Below are positions 61,340 through 64,000 of a stretch of DNA of 64,000 nucleotides, one piece after another. The stretch is taken from positions 14,694,001 through 14,758,000 of the forward strand of contig OZ024744.1 in assembly GCA_964016885.1 (NCBI GenBank), read 5' to 3'. Source of the stretch: Eledone cirrhosa. Its lineage: Eukaryota. The notes beneath the pieces were generated by a model. That model was given only the letters and a program-made list of their open reading frames with translations, had not been told where the DNA came from and did no database searches. The stretch's first letter is position 1, and the number at the start of each line of letters is the position of its first letter. The translations under genes and the position numbers were made by a program.

Positions 61340-64000
61340 ACCTCTAACATATAACACTGTCTCTTACCTCTAACATATAACACTGTCACTTACTTCTAAA
61401 ATATAACACTGTTTCTTACCTCTAACATATAACACTGTCTCTTCTAAGATATAACACTGTCTCTTACTTCTAACATATAACACTGTCTCTCACTTCTAAA
61501 ATATAACACTGTCTCTTACTTCTAACATATAACACTGTCCCTTACCTCTAACATGTAACACTGTCTCTTACTTCTAAAATATAACAATGTCTCTTACTTC
61601 TAAAATATAACACTGTCTCTTACTTCTAACATATAACACTGTCTATTACTTCTAAATCATAACACTGTCTCTTACTTCTAACATATAACACTGTCTCTTA
61701 CTTCTAAGATACAACACTGTCTTTTACTTCTAACATATAACACTGTCTCTTACTTCTAACATATAACACTGTCTCTTACTTCTAACATATAAAACTGTCT
61801 CTTACCTCTAACATATAACACTGTCTCTTACCTCTAACATATAACACTGTCTCTTACCTCTAATATATAACACAGTCTCTTACCTCTAACATATAACACT
61901 GTCTCTTACATCTAACATATAACACTGTCTCTTACTTCTAACATATAACACTGTCTCTTACCTCTAATATATAACACTGTCTCTTAGCTCTAACATATAA
62001 CACTGTCTCTTACATCTAACATATAACACTGTCTCTTACTTCTAACATATAACACTGTCTCTAACCTCTAACATATAACACTGTCTCTTACATCTAACAT
62101 ATAACACTGTCTCTTACATCTAACACTGTCTCTTACTTCTAACATATAACACTGTCTCTTACCTCTAACATATAACACTGTCTCTTACCTCTAACATTTA
62201 ACACTGTCTCTTACCTCTAATATATAACACTGTCTCTTACCTCTAACATATAACACTGTCTCTTACTTCTAACATATAACACTGTATCTTACTTCTAACA
62301 TATAACACTGTCTCTTACTTCTAACATATAACACTGTCTCTTACTTCTAACATATAAAACTGTCTCTTACCTCTAACATATAACACTGTCTCTTACATCT
62401 AACATACAACACTGTCTCTTACTTCTAACATATAACACTGTCTCTTCTAACATATAACACTGTATCTTACTTCTAAAATATAACACTGTCTCTTACCTCT
62501 AACATATAACACTGTCTCTTACTTCTAACATATAACACTGTCTCTTACTTCTAACATATAACACTGTCTCTTACTTCTAACATATAAAACTGTCTCTTAC
62601 CTCTAACATATAACACTGTCTCTTACTTCTAACATATAACACTGTCTCTTACATCTAACATACAACACTGTCTCTTACTTCTAACATATAACACTGTCTC
62701 TTCTAAGATATAACACTGTCTCTTACTTCTAACATATAACACTGTCTCTCACTTCTAAAATATAACACTGTCTCTTACTTCTAACATATACACTGTCCCT
62801 TACCTCTAACATATAACACTGTCTCTTACTTCTAAAATATAACACTGTCTCTTACTTCTAACATATAACACTGTTTCCTACTTCTAAAATATAACACTGT
62901 CTCTTACTTCTAAAATATAACACTGTCTCTTACCTCTAACATATAACACTGTCTCTTACATCTAACATATAACACTGTCTCTTACATCTAACATATAACA
63001 CTGTCTCTTACTTCTAACATATAACACTGTCTCTTACTTCTAACATTTAACACTGTCTCTTACTTCTAATATTATAACACTGTCTCTTACTTCTAACATA
63101 TAACACTGTCTCTTACTTCTAACATATAACACTGTATATTACTTCTAAAACATAACACTGTCTCTTACTTCTAACATACAACACTGTCTCTTACCTCTAA
63201 CATATAACACTGTCTCTACTAACATATAACACTGTCTCTTACTTCTAACATATAACACTGTCTCTTACTTCTAACATATAACACTGTCTATTACTTCTAA
63301 AACATAACACTGTCTCTTACTTCTAACAAACAACACTGTCTCTTACTTCTAACAGATAACACTGTCTGTTCTAACATATAACACTGTATCTTACTTCTAA
63401 AATATAACACTGTCTCTTACTTCTAACATATAACACTCTCTCTTACTTCTAAAATATAACACTGTCTCTCACTTCTAAAATATAACACTGCGTCTTACTT
63501 TTAAATATAATATTGTCTCTTACTTCTGAAATATAACACTGTCTCTTACTTCTAACATATAACACTGTTTCCTATTTCTAAAATATAACACTGTCTCTTA
63601 CTTCTAAAATATGACACTGTCTCTTACTTCTAAAATATAACACTGTCTCTTACTTCTAAAATATAACACTGTCTCTTACTTCTGAAATATAACTATGTCT
63701 CTTACTTCTAACATATAACACTGTCTCTTACTTCTAACATATAACACTATCTCTAACCTCTAACATATAACACTGTCTCTTACTTCTAACATATAACACT
63801 GTCTCTTACCTCTAACATATAACACTGTCTCTTCTAACATATAACACTGTCTCTTACTTCTAACATATAAAATGTCTCTTACCTCTAACATATAGTACTG
63901 TGTCTTCTAACATATAACACTGTCTCTTACATCTAACATACAACACTGTCTCTTACTTCGAACATATAACACTGTCGTTTCTAACATATAACACTGTTTC

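Larger units (their letters stand above)
1..64000 (+). repeat. Satellite DNA array of a 26-bp monomer (consensus AACATATAACACTGTCTCTTACTTCT), roughly 2,500 monomers, continuing past both window ends
   Basis: The AACAT monomer start recurs at 8, 34 (26 bp later) and 56 (22-bp variant), and so on to the end. No unique sequence or inverted monomers were seen. Confidence 0.99.

Noticed and set aside
1-64000. CRISPR array (26 bp is within the direct-repeat size range)
   Set aside because: The monomers abut directly with no unique spacers, and there is no leader, palindromic repeat or cas gene.
1-64000. Giant repetitive protein gene or VNTR-coded ORF
   Set aside because: The 26-bp period is not a multiple of 3. 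Consensus monomers have TAA twice on the + strand and TAG/TAA on the minus strand, so every frame closes quickly.
1-64000. Transcription-factor motifs in each monomer (TGTCTC auxin response element, GTCT SMAD box, TATAA TATA-like)
   Set aside because: These short motifs are expected by chance and are simply amplified with the repeat. The organism is unknown and there is no promoter context.
1-64000. Transposon insertions, inversions, tRNA/rRNA genes or G-quadruplexes
   Set aside because: I saw no non-satellite or reverse-complement sequence. The near-absence of G on the + strand and of repeated G runs on the minus strand argues against these structures.
1-64000. Rolling-circle or sequencing concatemer artefact of a single oligo
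   Set aside because: Variants recur in an ordered, nested pattern at exact multi-kb offsets, which random sequencing error would not produce. Misassembly of the large blocks is still not excluded.

Overview
The whole 64 kb window is one uninterrupted head-to-tail satellite array, all in one orientation. Its 26-bp monomer has the consensus AACATATAACACTGTCTCTTAC(T/C/A)TCT, about 31% GC, with only one G per monomer on the + strand. A frequent 22-bp deletion variant and rarer 19-, 24-, 25-, 27- and 30-bp variants are interspersed. I found no genes, RNA genes, transposons or CRISPR arrays. The four identical 70-aa ORFs are by-products of the repeat. Rare variant monomers used as landmarks reveal a nested hierarchy: local 130-, 330- and 646-bp duplications; a 70-monomer, 1779-bp higher-order repeat (HOR); a 6414-bp tandem duplication in the left domain; a 9977-bp-offset duplication; and a near-identical 23-24 kb tandem duplication (14101-37188 / 37189-61339) whose copies differ by whole-monomer indels and a few SNPs. 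This most resembles eukaryotic heterochromatic satellite DNA (centromeric, pericentromeric or subtelomeric). That assignment is inference, and I do not recognise the family or organism. All offsets were read by hand from landmark variants rather than from a full alignment. I see no evidence of a novel protein-based system.
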